Part shown: positions 48,820 to 61,023 of the stretch, one piece after another | How the letters are laid out: each line of letters begins with the position of its first letter | How positions within the stretch are numbered: position 1 is the first letter of the stretch | Source of the DNA: Ignavibacteria bacterium | GTDB taxonomy: Bacteria; Bacteroidota; Ignavibacteria; UBA10030; SZUA-254 | Length of the DNA stretch: 64,000 nt | Assembly (NCBI GenBank): GCA_016178625.1 | Contig: JACOSX010000129.1 | Span: forward strand, 3,898 to 67,897 | Reading direction: 5' to 3' | Made by a program: the position numbers and the translations under genes | The notes under the pieces: generated by a model | What the model was told of the DNA's origin: nothing | Database searches by the model: none | Seen by the model: only the letters and a program-made list of their open reading frames with translations

Positions 48820-50376
48820 ATGAAAGTTTCCAAATTCAAAAACGAACCTTACACAGATTGGTCGAAAGTTGCCAACCGGAAGAAACAACAAGCAGCGATC
48901 GCACAATTCGAGTCACAGCTCGGTAGGGAATACCCAAACATTATCGGTAGCGAGAAGCAGACAAATCAGAGTAAGTTTAACTCCCTCAACCCCTCGAACC
49001 CGGATCAAGTAGTCGGTATTTTTCAGCAAGGTACTGCCGACGACGCTGTCCGTGCTCTCGAGGTAGCCGCTAAAGTATTTGAAACGTGGAGCCGGGTGTC
49101 ACCGGATAAGAGGGCGACGTATCTTTTCAAAGCTGCGAAAGCCATGCGCAGGCGCCGCTATGAATTGAACGCCATCCAGATCTTCGAAGTTGGGAAAAGC
49201 TGGTCCGAAGCTGATGCCGATGTCGCGGAAGCGATCGACTTCTGCGAGTTCTATGGGCGCGAGATGCTGCGGTACGCCTCAATGAAACCCTCTGTTCAAC
49301 TTCCGGGCGAGAAGAATGAGCTCATGTACATCCCACTAGGGGTAGGTGTTGTCATCCCTCCGTGGAATTTTCCGCTGGCAATTCTCACCGGCATGACGGT
49401 GGCGGCGGTCGTTACAGGAAATACCGTTATCTTAAAACCCTCAAGCGATTCGCCACTGAACGGCTATGTACTGATCGAGATTATGGAAGAAGTCGGGTTG
49501 CCGCCAGGCGTGGTCAATTTTGTCGCGGGACCCGGTGGGGCTGTCGGCGATACGCTGGTGAAACATCCGAAGACACGTTTTGTCGCGTTCACAGGATCGA
49601 AGGAAGTTGGCATCCACATTTATGCCGAGGCGGCAAAAGTTCAGCCGGGACAGCGTTGGCTCAAACGTGTTATTGCAGAAATGGGTGGGAAGGATTCAAT
49701 CATCGTCGATAGCGAAACAAATCTTGATGAAGCTGCGGCTGGGGTGACGGTCTCGGCGTTCGGTTTCCAGGGGCAGAAATGCTCTGCCTGTTCCCGTGTC
49801 ATCGTCCATGAAAAAATCTATGATAAGTTTGTCGACCTGCTGAAAAAGCGAGCAGAATCGATCACGATCGGACCGGCGAAAGAATTGAGCAACTACATGG
49901 GTCCAGTGATAAACAAGCGATCGATGGAAACCATCCAGCGATACATCGATAAAGGTGTGAGCGAGGGGGGACGCCTGATTGCCGGAGGTAGTCCTGCAGG
50001 CGGAAAAGGATATTTCTTGCGTCCAACCGTCATTGCGGATGTCGATCCGAAAGGAACAATCTCGCAGGAAGAAATCTTTGGTCCTGTCCTTGCAGTCATC
50101 AAAGCCAAAGACTTCGATCATGCACTCGAGATTGCCAACAATACAGAGTTCGGTTTGACAGGAGCAGTGTACACGAAGAACAAGAAAAAGCTCGAGAAGG
50201 CAAAGGCGGAATTCTTCTGCGGCAATCTCTATCTTAATCGTAAGTGCACAGGCGCGATGGTCGGTGCACATCCATTCGGTGGTTTCAACATGAGTGGAAC
50301 TGATTCGAAAGCGGGCGGGCAGGATTACTTGTTGCTGTTCCTGCAAGCGAAATCAGTGGCGACGAAAGTGAAATAA
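48820..50376 (+). CDS. L-glutamate gamma-semialdehyde (1-pyrroline-5-carboxylate) dehydrogenase, RocA/PruA-type aldehyde dehydrogenase
   Basis: At 518 aa it has the ALDH blocks FTGSKEVG, the catalytic Cys in FGFQGQKCSACSRV and the Glu region AEMGGKDS. The N-terminal region is typical of standalone P5CDH. Confidence 0.75.
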   Translation: MKVSKFKNEPYTDWSKVANRKKQQAAIAQFESQLGREYPNIIGSEKQTNQSKFNSLNPSNPDQVVGIFQQGTADDAVRALEVAAKVFETWSRVSPDKRATYLFKAAKAMRRRRYELNAIQIFEVGKSWSEADADVAEAIDFCEFYGREMLRYASMKPSVQLPGEKNELMYIPLGVGVVIPPWNFPLAILTGMTVAAVVTGNTVILKPSSDSPLNGYVLIEIMEEVGLPPGVVNFVAGPGGAVGDTLVKHPKTRFVAFTGSKEVGIHIYAEAAKVQPGQRWLKRVIAEMGGKDSIIVDSETNLDEAAAGVTVSAFGFQGQKCSACSRVIVHEKIYDKFVDLLKKRAESITIGPAKELSNYMGPVINKRSMETIQRYIDKGVSEGGRLIAGGSPAGGKGYFLRPTVIADVDPKGTISQEEIFGPVLAVIKAKDFDHALEIANNTEFGLTGAVYTKNKKKLEKAKAEFFCGNLYLNRKCTGAMVGAHPFGGFNMSGTDSKAGGQDYLLLFLQAKSVATKVK

Positions 50377-50473
50377 ACAATTCATGATTCAGGATGCAAG
50401 GTTCATATCGCATTACCTCCATCGTGAATCTTCAATGAGGAATTCAATATAGCTAGGTTATGCCGGAGACAGA

Positions 50474-51637
50474 ATGAAAATCCATGAATATCAAGGGAAA
50501 GAAATCCTAAAGAAATACGGCGTTGCCGTCCCCAATGGGGGTGTTGCCTTCTCTGTTGACGAGGCGATGAACGTTGCCGAGAACCTCGGCGTCAACGTGT
50601 GGGTTGTGAAGGCGCAGATCCACGCTGGGGGCCGCGGGAAGGGCGGTGGTGTTAAGGTGGCAAAGAGTCTCGATGAAGTTCGTCAGTACGCGTCGCAGAT
50701 TCTCGGTATGACACTGGTGACACATCAGACCGGACCGGAGGGGAGAGTCGTGAAGCGGCTACTGATCGAGCAGGGTATCTCCATCGCGAAGGAACTGTAT
50801 GTCGGCATCACGCTTGATCGTACACGTTCTCAAAATGTTGTGATGGCTTCGACGGAAGGAGGAGTGGAAATCGAAAAAGTTGCAGCCGAGACTCCCGAGA
50901 AAATATTGAAGGACTATGTCAATCCCACCATCGGGTTTCGTGAATTCCAGGCGAGGAGGCTTGCCTTTGGGTTAGGTTTGAGCGGGGAAGCGTTCAAGAA
51001 TGGTGTCAAATTTTTATCCGCCCTGTACCGTGCCTACGAGGAAACGGATGCGTCACTTGCGGAAATCAATCCACTGGTGATCACGACAGATGGGCAAGTG
51101 CTGGCACTCGATGCCAAAATGACCTTCGATGACAATGCCCTCTTCCGCCATACGGATATGGCCGCAATGCGAGATCTCGATGAAGAAGAGCCGTTGGAAG
51201 TTGAGGCTTCGAAACATAATTTGAACTACATCAAGCTCGATGGTAACGTGGGGTGTATGGTGAACGGCGCGGGCCTCGCCATGGGTACAATGGATATCAT
51301 CAAACTTGCCGGCGGTGAACCGGCAAACTTCCTCGATGTCGGCGGTGGTGCGAATGTGAATACTGTCTCCAATGGCTTCAAGATCATCCTGTCCGACAAG
51401 AATGTGAAAGCCATTCTCATCAATATCTTCGGTGGGATCGTGCGATGCGACCGTGTGGCGAATGGTGTCGTTGAAGCGGCGAAGAATGTTCACGTGAATG
51501 TACCGGTTGTCGTGCGGCTCGAAGGCACGAATGCAAAGGAAGCCAGAGAGATTCTCGCCAATTCCGGGTTGAACTTTATGGTTGCCGGTAGTCTTCGGGA
51601 TGCAGCGGAGAAGGTGACAGCGGCAATCAAAAATTAG
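50474..51637 (+). CDS. sucC: Succinate--CoA ligase (ADP-forming) beta subunit
   Basis: [20 protein letters not shown]... is an ATP-grasp N-terminus; [18 protein letters not shown] is the CoA-ligase C-domain. Length is 387 aa. Confidence 0.9.
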   Translation: MKIHEYQGKEILKKYGVAVPNGGVAFSVDEAMNVAENLGVNVWVVKAQIHAGGRGKGGGVKVAKSLDEVRQYASQILGMTLVTHQTGPEGRVVKRLLIEQGISIAKELYVGITLDRTRSQNVVMASTEGGVEIEKVAAETPEKILKDYVNPTIGFREFQARRLAFGLGLSGEAFKNGVKFLSALYRAYEETDASLAEINPLVITTDGQVLALDAKMTFDDNALFRHTDMAAMRDLDEEEPLEVEASKHNLNYIKLDGNVGCMVNGAGLAMGTMDIIKLAGGEPANFLDVGGGANVNTVSNGFKIILSDKNVKAILINIFGGIVRCDRVANGVVEAAKNVHVNVPVVVRLEGTNAKEAREILANSGLNFMVAGSLRDAAEKVTAAIKN

Positions 51638-51733
51638 GAGTTCTCGTCCCCAACCTTAGACTCTTCTTGTTCGCAACCTCAGGCTGGGAACAAGAAAACA
51701 AGATAAGACCAATTCAACATTAAGAGATAGACA

Positions 51734-52276
51734 ATGAAAAAAGTTAAGAGCATTAAAGCGATCAAAGACCCTTACAGCAAACGCATCCTATCGAACATTA
51801 TCAACAAGGATCCGCTTAAAATCTGCGCGCAAACGCCGGGAGAATTGCAACGACTCACTCGTGGATTGACTGAAAAGCAACTCAGCACGTCACCGAAACA
51901 AGGGAAGTGGTCAATTACACATCTTGTCAGTCACTTCTGTGATGCGGAATGGGCAATGGGCTTCCGAATTCGAATGGCGATTGCGCAGCCGGGACGTCAT
52001 TTTCAGGCATATGATCAGGACAAATGGGCTGATCATCTCTACTACAACAGGGCGAAGTGCCGAGAGAAATTAAACCTGTTCACCACCTTGCGAAAAGCGC
52101 ACTTGTCTCTTCTCAAGTCGCTGAAGCCCAATGAATGGCAGCGATATGGCATTCACGAAGAACGCGGCAAGGAAACCGTAGAGCGAATGATTCACATGTT
52201 AGCAGGACATGATGTGAATCATCTTAGGCAGGTCGACGCTCTTAGAAGATCATTATTGAAGAAGAGGAATCATTGA
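51734..52276 (+). CDS. DinB/YfiT-like (DinB_2) metal-dependent hydrolase family protein
   Basis: The His triad is spaced as in DinB_2 (HLVSH...H...HDVNH). It overlaps the gatB start by 4 nt. Confidence 0.5.
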   Translation: MKKVKSIKAIKDPYSKRILSNIINKDPLKICAQTPGELQRLTRGLTEKQLSTSPKQGKWSITHLVSHFCDAEWAMGFRIRMAIAQPGRHFQAYDQDKWADHLYYNRAKCREKLNLFTTLRKAHLSLLKSLKPNEWQRYGIHEERGKETVERMIHMLAGHDVNHLRQVDALRRSLLKKRNH

Positions 52277-53757
52277 AGTTCAGCGAAGCATACGAGCCGG
52301 TCATTGGGCTCGAGGTTCATGCGCAACTATTGACAGAATCGAAGGCGTTTTGTGGATGCACGACGAAGTTCGGCAACGAACCGAATACAAATGTTTGTCC
52401 AATTTGTTTGGGAATGCCCGGAGTCCTTCCTGTTCTTAATAAGAATGTCGTAGAATTTGTAATACGCATGGGACTCGCGACGAATTGCAGGATTGCTCCT
52501 CGTTCCATCTTTGCGCGGAAGAATTACTTCTATCCTGATCTACCCAAAGGGTATCAGATCTCACAGTACGAAGAACCGATCTGCACAGGTGGATATGTCG
52601 AGATTGATCTCGAAGACGGCACCCGAAAGAAAATTGGTCTTACGCGCATTCACATGGAAGAAGACGCGGGGAAGTCCATTCACGACCAAGACGCTCAGAC
52701 ATTGATGGACATCAATCGATGTGGCGGTCCGCTGATCGAAATTGTCAGCGAGCCAGATGTGCGTTCGCCACGAGAGGCGTATCTCTACTTGTACAAGATT
52801 CGGCAGATTGTCACCTATCTTGGAATATGCGATGGGAATATGGAAGAGGGGAGCCTTCGTTGCGATGCCAATGTATCTGTGAGAAAGAAGGGTGAGACGT
52901 CATTCGGGACGAAGACCGAAGTGAAGAACATGAATTCATTCCGCAATGTCGAGCGGGCGATCGAGTTCGAAATGAACCGTCAGTTACGGATGCTTGAGGA
53001 CGGAGAAGCCGTTGTTCAAGAGACGCTGTTGTGGGATGCCGACAAAAACGCCGCGTACCCGATGCGTAGTAAAGAGGAGGCGCACGACTATCGCTACTTT
53101 CCTGATCCTGATCTGGTGCCGGTGCTTGTTGATGAGCCATGGATCGAGAGAGTGAAGTCGAACTTGCCTGAGCATCCAACCACGCGTCGGGATCGGTTCA
53201 TTTCGGAGTACAGTTTGCCATGGTACGATGCTAATATACTGTGCGAAGAAAGAGGAATTGCAGATTTTTTTGAAGCAGAAATTAGTCATCTCCATAAAGA
53301 TGATGGGGCAAAACAAAAAGAGAAAATTAAGTTGGTTGCTAATTGGGTAATGACCTCTGTGTTAAGGGAATTAGGCCAACGTAAGATCAGGATTGAGGAT
53401 TTCTCTTTGCCAACAGGCAGGCTTGCCAGTATGATCGAATTGCAAGTTGATGGTACGATTAGTTCCAGAATCTCGAAGGAATTGTGGGATGAAATGTTAG
53501 AATCGAATGAAGATCCAAAGGTGATCATTGAAAAGAAGGGTCTTGCTCAGGTTTCCGATGAAGGTGCCATTGAGAAAATTGTCAACGAAGTCCTTGAGAA
53601 GAACAAACTGCAAGTCGAGAAATTCCTCTCGGGGAGTGAGAGGGTATTCGGTTTCTTTGTTGGAGAAGTCATGAAGGCAACGAAGGGAAAGGCGAATCCA
53701 ACACTCGTCAATTCAATTTTAAAGAGAAGACTTTCAGAAACTGTTCTGTCCAAGTAA
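52273..53757 (+). CDS. gatB: Asp-tRNA(Asn)/Glu-tRNA(Gln) amidotransferase subunit B
   Basis: [20 protein letters not shown] and [19 protein letters not shown] are present, plus a C-terminal GatB/YqeY domain. Length is 494 aa. Confidence 0.9.
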   Translation: MKFSEAYEPVIGLEVHAQLLTESKAFCGCTTKFGNEPNTNVCPICLGMPGVLPVLNKNVVEFVIRMGLATNCRIAPRSIFARKNYFYPDLPKGYQISQYEEPICTGGYVEIDLEDGTRKKIGLTRIHMEEDAGKSIHDQDAQTLMDINRCGGPLIEIVSEPDVRSPREAYLYLYKIRQIVTYLGICDGNMEEGSLRCDANVSVRKKGETSFGTKTEVKNMNSFRNVERAIEFEMNRQLRMLEDGEAVVQETLLWDADKNAAYPMRSKEEAHDYRYFPDPDLVPVLVDEPWIERVKSNLPEHPTTRRDRFISEYSLPWYDANILCEERGIADFFEAEISHLHKDDGAKQKEKIKLVANWVMTSVLRELGQRKIRIEDFSLPTGRLASMIELQVDGTISSRISKELWDEMLESNEDPKVIIEKKGLAQVSDEGAIEKIVNEVLEKNKLQVEKFLSGSERVFGFFVGEVMKATKGKANPTLVNSILKRRLSETVLSK

Positions 53758-53821
53758 GTTGAGCTCCTAACTCAGATTGCACATCTTACGTCGCACATCG
53801 CACATCAAATAAAGGTTACCC

Positions 53822-54595
53822 ATGCGGAAGAAAGTAATTGCAGGCAACTGGAAAATGAACAAAGATATTCACGAGACAGCCGGACTCATAAACGAGCTGA
53901 AGGAACGAATAAAGGATTTTCAGAACGAGGTGGATGTTGTTCTCTGTCCGCCATTCACGTCGCTTGTAGTGGCGAAGTCGCTTGTTCAAGGCACGCCGAT
54001 GAAGCTCGGCGCACAGAATATGTCGCAGCACGATGATGGTGCATACACCGGCGAAGTCTCGGCGAGAATGCTCACAACTATCGGATGCGAGTATGTTATC
54101 CTCGGACACTCGGAGCGAAGGCAGTATTTCAAAGAGACTGATGATCTGGTGAACGCGAAAGTGAAGAAAGCACTTAAGGTTATGCTTACGCCGATCATCT
54201 GCGTCGGCGAAACGCTGGAAGAAAGAGAATCTGGCGTGACCGACAGAATCATCGCCGCGCAAATTAAAGGTGTCCTTCATGAACTCTCATCCGAAGAGAT
54301 TCAAAAGTGCATCATTGCCTATGAACCCGTCTGGGCGATCGGCACAGGGAAAAATGCAACGCCTGACCAGGCGAACCAGGTGCACAAGTTGATTCGAAAA
54401 CTTGTGAGTCAGTTGTTTTCCTGGAGCCTCGCGGAGAAGCTTGTCATCCAATATGGGGGTAGCATGAATGCGCAGAATGCAGCTGATCTACTCTCTCAAT
54501 CAGACATTGACGGAGGGCTGATTGGCGGTGCGAGCTTGAAGTCAGATACCTTCATGGCAATCGTGCAGGCGGGAGTAGAGGCGCGCATCCCCTGA
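53822..54595 (+). CDS. tpiA: Triose-phosphate isomerase
   Basis: AGNWKMN, ILGHSERR, AYEPVWAIGTG and GGS...GGLIGGASLK are present; length is 257 aa. Confidence 0.9.
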   Translation: MRKKVIAGNWKMNKDIHETAGLINELKERIKDFQNEVDVVLCPPFTSLVVAKSLVQGTPMKLGAQNMSQHDDGAYTGEVSARMLTTIGCEYVILGHSERRQYFKETDDLVNAKVKKALKVMLTPIICVGETLEERESGVTDRIIAAQIKGVLHELSSEEIQKCIIAYEPVWAIGTGKNATPDQANQVHKLIRKLVSQLFSWSLAEKLVIQYGGSMNAQNAADLLSQSDIDGGLIGGASLKSDTFMAIVQAGVEARIP

Positions 54596-54693
54596 GTCAG
54601 CATTTTTGCCAAGTAATATTGAAAAATCCCCACATTCCCATTGCTTTCCCATCACTTTTTTATTATATTTGAAGGATTAGTGCGTGATTAGGC

Positions 54694-57411
54694 GTGTCTT
54701 TAGCGATTTTGCTCAGTGAGAAAGCCCGTCGCATTGAGCGAGGGTGTGTTTTCGTACTGACGATTGTCAGATCCATAAACATCAAAACAACAGCACATAC
54801 ACGTGGGTTGTGCGGACATCTTGGATGTGCGCTCATTGCTTTGTTCCTTCCTGCCATTGGATTATCCCAATTTCCACCCGGTGAAATAAAATTCTTCGAG
54901 AACGGACAAGCGACCCCTAACGGAGTTGATGCTGCCATGTTCCCTGATACTCCGACCCGGATGAAAATCGATCTCGCCGGCGCATGGAATTATAGTATCG
55001 ATGGAAAAACATGGAGTTCGGTATCTGTCCCGAGCGCTTACGACTTCGCAGGGAAAGTTGTGTTCAGGAGGACATTCGAGGTGAAGGCCGAGATGCTGGA
55101 TAGGTACACATTCTTTGTGGTAGGCTACGGCATCAATTACCAGAGTGAGATCAATATCAACGGTAATTTCATCGGACGGCACACCGGCGGATATTCATCG
55201 TTTGTCCTACCAATTCAACCGAATATTTTGCAGGTCGGCTCGGAAAACGCCATTCGAATTTCCGTCGATAACGAGTTGACGCCGAAAACAACTCTACCCC
55301 TGCGTCAACAAATAGGTGGCTGGCGGACGTACGGTGGAATTTTTCGCGACATCTACATCCTTGCAACACCAAAATTGTATGTTGAAAACATGGATGTACA
55401 ACCCGAGATCGTGAATGATGCAAAGGGTGAAGTCAAATTAGCAAAAGTTTTTGTTAGCACAGATATCACTGATCGAGGCTCAGGAGCCCAAAGTCTATCG
55501 GGTGGTTTGCTCGGGTTCCAGGTCGAAGCCTATGACAAGTTGAGCAATGAATTGGTGGGACGGAGTGGAATTTCGCCGATCTCAGTGCAAGTAAATAAAT
55601 CGGTGAGTATAAACGCAGAGGTTATTCTGGCGGCACCTAAATTGTGGTTCCCAGAGGCACCTGATTTATATATCCTGAAATGTGAAATTGTTCGCGTTGT
55701 CAACAAAGAAGTCACTCTCCTTGATGAGTTTGATTCCAATGTTGGTATAAGAGATCTTCGATGGAAGGATGGTCATCTCTATATCAACAATATACAAACG
55801 CCGTTGAAGGGGATCCTGTGGCAGGGCGATCACTCCACCTTTGGGTCAGCAATGACGTACGAGGCGCTTGAACGTGATATCGCATCCATAAAAGCCTTAG
55901 GCGCGAACCTCGTCAGGTTTCTTTGTCCTCCTCATCCATATATGCTCAACTTATGCGATCGGTATGGATTGCTCGTCATGGAAGAGATTCCGGTCGTCGG
56001 TGTTCCGGCAGAAATCCTTTCGAAAGATTACTACGTGGAAATCGCGACTACCTATGCAAAAGAGATGGTTGAGCGGGATAAACTTCATGTGTCCTTGCTT
56101 GCATGGGGAATTGGTGACGAGTTTGAAACTACCGCTCCCAACTCATGCGATTATGTCAACGTTCTACGCAATATCATCAAGGCGATAGATCAGCACTCGG
56201 TATATTTCGCAACGCGCTATGTGAATGATCCCTGTTTCGAGTATGCTGATTTGATCGCGGTGAACAATTACGGCGGCGATGTGAAGGGATTCCGCGATGC
56301 ACTGAAGCGCTGCAAGGCACAGCATCCCGATAAACCAATACTCGTGTCGCGGTATGGAAGAGACGTTGAGCCCGGAAACCATAACGGATACAGTGACCCA
56401 CTCTCGATGGAATCACAGGCACGATATGCACTCCAATGTTACGAAGCGATCAAGGATGCTAAAGTCGCGGGAAGTGTGCTCTGGTCGTTCAACGATTGGC
56501 GTACCGACCGAGCGGCGCTGACCACACATGCGGATGATCCCTATCTCCATACCACGGGAATTGTAAGTTACGAACGCGAGAAGCGGACTGCATTTGACAT
56601 TGTTCGCGCCATGTTCAACGGTGAAAAATCGCAAGCGCTGCCGGTAGGGAACTACTCATCGAATGCGCCCATCATTTTTGTTTTGGCAGGCTTTGTTGCG
56701 CTCGTCTCTTTTGCATTCATTTACAACGGCAATCGGCGGTTCAGAGAGTGTGTGAACCGATCATTATTCCGGACATATAACTTCTTTGCCGACGTCCGCG
56801 ATCAACGGATTTTGACATACGCACACTCGATATTCCTCGCTGCCATTGTCTCGGTCACATGGGCAACTCTTCTCTCCAGCATCTTCTCCCATTATCGAGA
56901 GAACCTCCTCCTTGATAATCTCCTCAGTCAATTTATGTCGGATGGAGTAAAAGAATGGTTCATTCACCTTGTCTGGAATCCTCTGAAGTTCATTCTCGTG
57001 ATCTCAGGAATCATTTTCCTGAAACTCCTCGTGCTTGCATTGATGGTGCGATTATTTTCCATGATGGTTCGGACACATGTCTATTTCTATCATGCCTTCT
57101 CCATCACCATGTGGTCGCTCCTTCCGTACATTGTCCTTATACCGATCGCAATGATTCTGTATCGATTGATGGAGACAGAATTCTACATCGTACCTGTTTT
57201 TGTGGTCGTTGGAATAACGAGCATCTGGGTATTGGTTCGATTGCTGAAGGGGATCTCCATCATCTATGATGTGTTCCCAATGAAAGTCTATGCCGTGAGT
57301 ATTCTTGTCATAGTAGTTGCGACGGCGGCAGTATATGGGTATCTTGATTACACGAAGTCAACGACCGTCTATCTGAAATACATGGTACAATCGCTGAGAA
57401 CCTCAGTGTGA
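54694..57411 (+). CDS. GH2-like glycoside-hydrolase domain protein fused to a C-terminal polytopic membrane domain
   Basis: There is a GH2 N-terminal sugar-binding domain (RRTFEV...[33 protein letters not shown]...GIFRDIYI) and a TIM-barrel region ([33 protein letters not shown]; WGIGDE in the acid/base position). The nucleophile position reads SRYG, not TEYG. The C-terminal roughly 270 aa holds at least six hydrophobic helices. The start is uncertain: GTG at 54694 as listed, or the in-frame TTG at 54807 that gives a signal-like [21 protein letters not shown]. Confidence 0.6.
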   Translation: MSLAILLSEKARRIERGCVFVLTIVRSINIKTTAHTRGLCGHLGCALIALFLPAIGLSQFPPGEIKFFENGQATPNGVDAAMFPDTPTRMKIDLAGAWNYSIDGKTWSSVSVPSAYDFAGKVVFRRTFEVKAEMLDRYTFFVVGYGINYQSEININGNFIGRHTGGYSSFVLPIQPNILQVGSENAIRISVDNELTPKTTLPLRQQIGGWRTYGGIFRDIYILATPKLYVENMDVQPEIVNDAKGEVKLAKVFVSTDITDRGSGAQSLSGGLLGFQVEAYDKLSNELVGRSGISPISVQVNKSVSINAEVILAAPKLWFPEAPDLYILKCEIVRVVNKEVTLLDEFDSNVGIRDLRWKDGHLYINNIQTPLKGILWQGDHSTFGSAMTYEALERDIASIKALGANLVRFLCPPHPYMLNLCDRYGLLVMEEIPVVGVPAEILSKDYYVEIATTYAKEMVERDKLHVSLLAWGIGDEFETTAPNSCDYVNVLRNIIKAIDQHSVYFATRYVNDPCFEYADLIAVNNYGGDVKGFRDALKRCKAQHPDKPILVSRYGRDVEPGNHNGYSDPLSMESQARYALQCYEAIKDAKVAGSVLWSFNDWRTDRAALTTHADDPYLHTTGIVSYEREKRTAFDIVRAMFNGEKSQALPVGNYSSNAPIIFVLAGFVALVSFAFIYNGNRRFRECVNRSLFRTYNFFADVRDQRILTYAHSIFLAAIVSVTWATLLSSIFSHYRENLLLDNLLSQFMSDGVKEWFIHLVWNPLKFILVISGIIFLKLLVLALMVRLFSMMVRTHVYFYHAFSITMWSLLPYIVLIPIAMILYRLMETEFYIVPVFVVVGITSIWVLVRLLKGISIIYDVFPMKVYAVSILVIVVATAAVYGYLDYTKSTTVYLKYMVQSLRTSV

Positions 57412-57420
57412 GGAGCCGAA

Positions 57421-60400
57421 ATGTATCTTTCCAAAATTGAAGTCATAGGATTCAAGTCGTTTGCCCAGCGGATCAATGTGAATTTTGACGCCGGTGTTAC
57501 GGCTATCGTTGGACCGAACGGCTGCGGCAAAACGAACATCGTTGATGCAATCCGTTGGGCATTGGGGGAACAGCGCTACAGTACGCTGCGGTCCGATAAA
57601 ATGGAAGACGTGATCTTCAATGGAACGAAGAACCGTAAACCTCTTGGACTTGCGGAGGTCTCCCTGACGATTGAAAATACGAAAGGCATTCTACCAACAG
57701 AGTATTCCGAAGTCACCATCACGCGACGCGTGTTCCGCTCCGGCGAGAGCGAATATCTCCTGAATAAGGTTCCCTGTCGGCTGAAAGACATTCTTGATCT
57801 CTTCATGGATACCGGAATGGGGAGTGATGCATATTCCGTCATCGAATTGAAGATGGTGGAATCCATCCTCAGTGACAAGACTGATGAACGCCGGCGATTG
57901 TTTGAGGAAGCGGCGGGGGTGACAAAATACAAGCATCGCCGGAAGGCGGCAATTCGTAAACTCGAAAGCGTTCAGCAAGACCTCGCTCGCGTGAATGACA
58001 TTGTGAAGGAAGTTCAGAAGACGGTCGGTTCATTGGAGCGCCAGGCAAAAAAAGCGGAACAGTATAATGAAGTCTCAAGTCGTCTGAAGGCAATCGAGAT
58101 TGATCTCCTCGAACGTGAATATGCGTATCTTCATCACAAGGTCGCCCCGCTGGAAGAAAAATTTCGTCTTGCAAGTGCCGATAAGTCGCAGATCGATGAG
58201 GCACTCCGGTCACAGGAAGCACAGGTTGATCAGCTTCGAGAAGCTTTGACCGAGATTGAGCGCCAGTTGAGAGATGTGCAGGAGAAGGCATCCTCTCAGT
58301 TTGAGACGATCCACCGGGTCGAGGAACGAATCCTCGTTTCCAAGGAACGTCGCAACTCTCTCGTCGGAAATATGGAGCGATATGAGAAGGAAAAATCTGA
58401 TCTGCAGTCGCAGAATGAACTTCTCGAGCAAGAAAAAACGGCCCTCCGGTCTCGCAAAGACCTTCTCCTCCAGAAGTTTACCTCCTTGGAAACTGAATAT
58501 TCGCGAGTAAAGGAGGAATGGTTGTCCGAAGGAAAAGCTCTCGAAACGAAGAAAGTCTATGTCCAATTTCTGAAAGACTCTCTCCTCAGGCTCGCGCATG
58601 ATATTGTTCAGAAACGCGGTGAGCAGGAACGACTGAAGGCGCGCATCGACAACCTCAGGGGTCGGATCGAGCGTTCGCTCGAAGACAATGCCCTGTACGA
58701 ATCAGACATCGCCAAGAACCAAGAAAATGTCTCCCAACTGACTGCTCAGGACCGAGATTTCCGTCGACGATTCGTCGAGGCAGAGATGCACCTGTATGAG
58801 CGTGAGCAATCCAAAAAGGAATTGAAGATAGAGATTGAGAAACTCCAGAAGAAGACTCTTGAGTATACGCATGAAATCGAACGGCGCACTGCGAAAGTAG
58901 AATTTCTCCACCGCATGTTGGAGAACAGCGAAGGATATTCTGAAGGTACAAAGTACATTCTCAATCATGAGGGATGGAGGAAAAAACGCATTACGACGGT
59001 TGCGGATGTTATCGAGGCGCAAGAGAAATATCGCGCGGCGATCGAAGCGGCACTTGCCGACGCAGCGAATGTTCTTGTCGTCGAGAAGGTTGAGGACGGC
59101 TATGCAGCGGTAGAAGAGTTGAAGCGGGAGAATAAGGGAAAAGCATCGTTCGTTTGCCTCCAATGGGTTCCGAAGATTCGTCACAAGAACAAAAAGGAAG
59201 CAAGCCGTTCTTATGTTTGGGCGGCAGATGTTGTACGTTGCAAAGAGATGTACCGGCCGCTGATAAATTTCTTGCTTGATGATGTGATCGTCGTTGAGAC
59301 GCTCGCAGTTGGCACCCAGGTCTTGTTGAATCTGACTGGCGTCCGTTGCATAACGCTTGATGGGCAAATTGTCACCACCGCAGGAATGTTGCGCGGTGGC
59401 AGTCAGCGCTTCGATGAGGGTGGCTTGATCAGTAAAAAAACGCAAATCACCGAACTCGAGAGGGAAATTAACGGTTACCGGGATACGTTGAACTCCATCT
59501 CATTGCAAGAAACTGATCTGCTCAAGCGACATGATGCACTGGACATGAAGCCCTTCATCGATGTGGTCAAGACCATCGAGAAAGAGATGACGGGAATCGA
59601 GATGCGCATCGCTCAGCTGGAGTTTGAAAAGAAGCGTGCAAACGACGGCATCGAGCGCAACCGAACTGAAATTGAGACACTGGAACACGAGATTCTCGAG
59701 ATCCAACATCAGCATGAGGGCGGTGCCGACGACCTGACGACGATGGAACAAAGGAATGGTGAGCATGAATCGCTTGCCGGTGTTGCTGGCCGAGAGCTCG
59801 AGGCGATGGAGCTTCATTGGAATGAAAAAACCAAGGCTGTAAGTGAACTCGAGATTAAAGTAGTAACGCTCCAGGGTGATATGCGAAACATCGAGCGTGA
59901 CATTGAACGCGCCGATGCTCGCACGAATGACATCGCGGTAACCCTCACGCGTCGCGATGAAGAAATCGCCCATGCCGCAGAAGAAATCACGCATCTCTCG
60001 ACGGATATTCAAAACAATGATCAAGAAGCTGCGGCGCTGCGAAGTGAATTCCAGCATCTCGAGGATAGTAAGAAGGGAATCGAACAATCGTACGCTGCGA
60101 AACGAAACGAACTTCATCAGATCGAACTCAGGATCAAAGACGAACGACGTCTCCATGATGACTCGGTTGCAACCGCCCATGAACTCGAGATGAAGATCTC
60201 AGAATTGAAATCAAATATTGACCATTTGAAACTCCGCGCCCAAGAAGAATTCGAATTTGAACTTCAACTGAAAACTTACCCGGAAGACGAGTGGGTTGAC
60301 TTTGCTCATCTTCGGGAAGAAGTCAAAAACCTGAAGGATCGTATCAGGATTCTCGGAGCGATCAACTTTGCCGCGTTCGACGAATTCACCACTGAGAGTG

Positions 60401-60984
60401 AACGGCTTAACTTCCTTACGCAACAACGCGATGACCTCCTCGAAGCGGAGAAAACACTTCTCAATACGATCGAAGAGATCAACGCGACAGCTCAACGGAT
60501 ATTCCTTGCAACGTTTCTGAAGATCCGGGAGAATTTCATCACCATCTTCAAAGAGCTATTCATGGAGGGAGATGAATGCGACCTCCGGATTGAAGAAGGA
60601 GTAGATCCGCTTGAGGCTACCATCGAGATCATTGCCAAACCACGTGGGAAGCGCCCAACGTCTATCGATCTCCTTTCGGGGGGTGAGAAAACGTTGACAG
60701 CTATCGCTTTGCTTTTTGCAATTTATCTCGTTAAGCCAAGTCCTTTCTGTATCCTTGATGAGGTCGATGCGCCATTGGATGATTCCAATATTGATCGGTA
60801 CACGCGCATCCTGAAGAAGTTTTCAAGTAATACCCAATTCATCGTCGTGACGCACAATAAACGCACCATGGAAGCTGCGAGCGCTCTGTACGGGGTGACG
60901 ATGGAGGAGGAAGGAATTTCTAAGATTGTCACCGTGCGCTTCAATGAGGAAGCGCGTGTGGGTTCTGCAGCCGTAACAGGCTAA
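57421..60984 (+). CDS. smc: Chromosome segregation protein SMC
   Basis: At 1187 aa it has an N-terminal Walker A (GPNGCGKTN), long coiled coils, a hinge, and C-terminal signature and Walker B motifs ([17 protein letters not shown]...[11 protein letters not shown]). Confidence 0.9.
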   Translation: MYLSKIEVIGFKSFAQRINVNFDAGVTAIVGPNGCGKTNIVDAIRWALGEQRYSTLRSDKMEDVIFNGTKNRKPLGLAEVSLTIENTKGILPTEYSEVTITRRVFRSGESEYLLNKVPCRLKDILDLFMDTGMGSDAYSVIELKMVESILSDKTDERRRLFEEAAGVTKYKHRRKAAIRKLESVQQDLARVNDIVKEVQKTVGSLERQAKKAEQYNEVSSRLKAIEIDLLEREYAYLHHKVAPLEEKFRLASADKSQIDEALRSQEAQVDQLREALTEIERQLRDVQEKASSQFETIHRVEERILVSKERRNSLVGNMERYEKEKSDLQSQNELLEQEKTALRSRKDLLLQKFTSLETEYSRVKEEWLSEGKALETKKVYVQFLKDSLLRLAHDIVQKRGEQERLKARIDNLRGRIERSLEDNALYESDIAKNQENVSQLTAQDRDFRRRFVEAEMHLYEREQSKKELKIEIEKLQKKTLEYTHEIERRTAKVEFLHRMLENSEGYSEGTKYILNHEGWRKKRITTVADVIEAQEKYRAAIEAALADAANVLVVEKVEDGYAAVEELKRENKGKASFVCLQWVPKIRHKNKKEASRSYVWAADVVRCKEMYRPLINFLLDDVIVVETLAVGTQVLLNLTGVRCITLDGQIVTTAGMLRGGSQRFDEGGLISKKTQITELEREINGYRDTLNSISLQETDLLKRHDALDMKPFIDVVKTIEKEMTGIEMRIAQLEFEKKRANDGIERNRTEIETLEHEILEIQHQHEGGADDLTTMEQRNGEHESLAGVAGRELEAMELHWNEKTKAVSELEIKVVTLQGDMRNIERDIERADARTNDIAVTLTRRDEEIAHAAEEITHLSTDIQNNDQEAAALRSEFQHLEDSKKGIEQSYAAKRNELHQIELRIKDERRLHDDSVATAHELEMKISELKSNIDHLKLRAQEEFEFELQLKTYPEDEWVDFAHLREEVKNLKDRIRILGAINFAAFDEFTTESERLNFLTQQRDDLLEAEKTLLNTIEEINATAQRIFLATFLKIRENFITIFKELFMEGDECDLRIEEGVDPLEATIEIIAKPRGKRPTSIDLLSGGEKTLTAIALLFAIYLVKPSPFCILDEVDAPLDDSNIDRYTRILKKFSSNTQFIVVTHNKRTMEAASALYGVTMEEEGISKIVTVRFNEEARVGSAAVTG

Positions 60985-61023
60985 GGCTCGGTTTCTACTC
61001 AATAAGTATTACGAAATTCCTGT

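Noticed and set aside
51650-51700. Hairpin ttcttgttc-N15-gaacaagaa after sucC as an intrinsic terminator
   Set aside because: The stem is good (9 bp) but no T-tract follows (aacaagataag), so I did not list it as a terminator.
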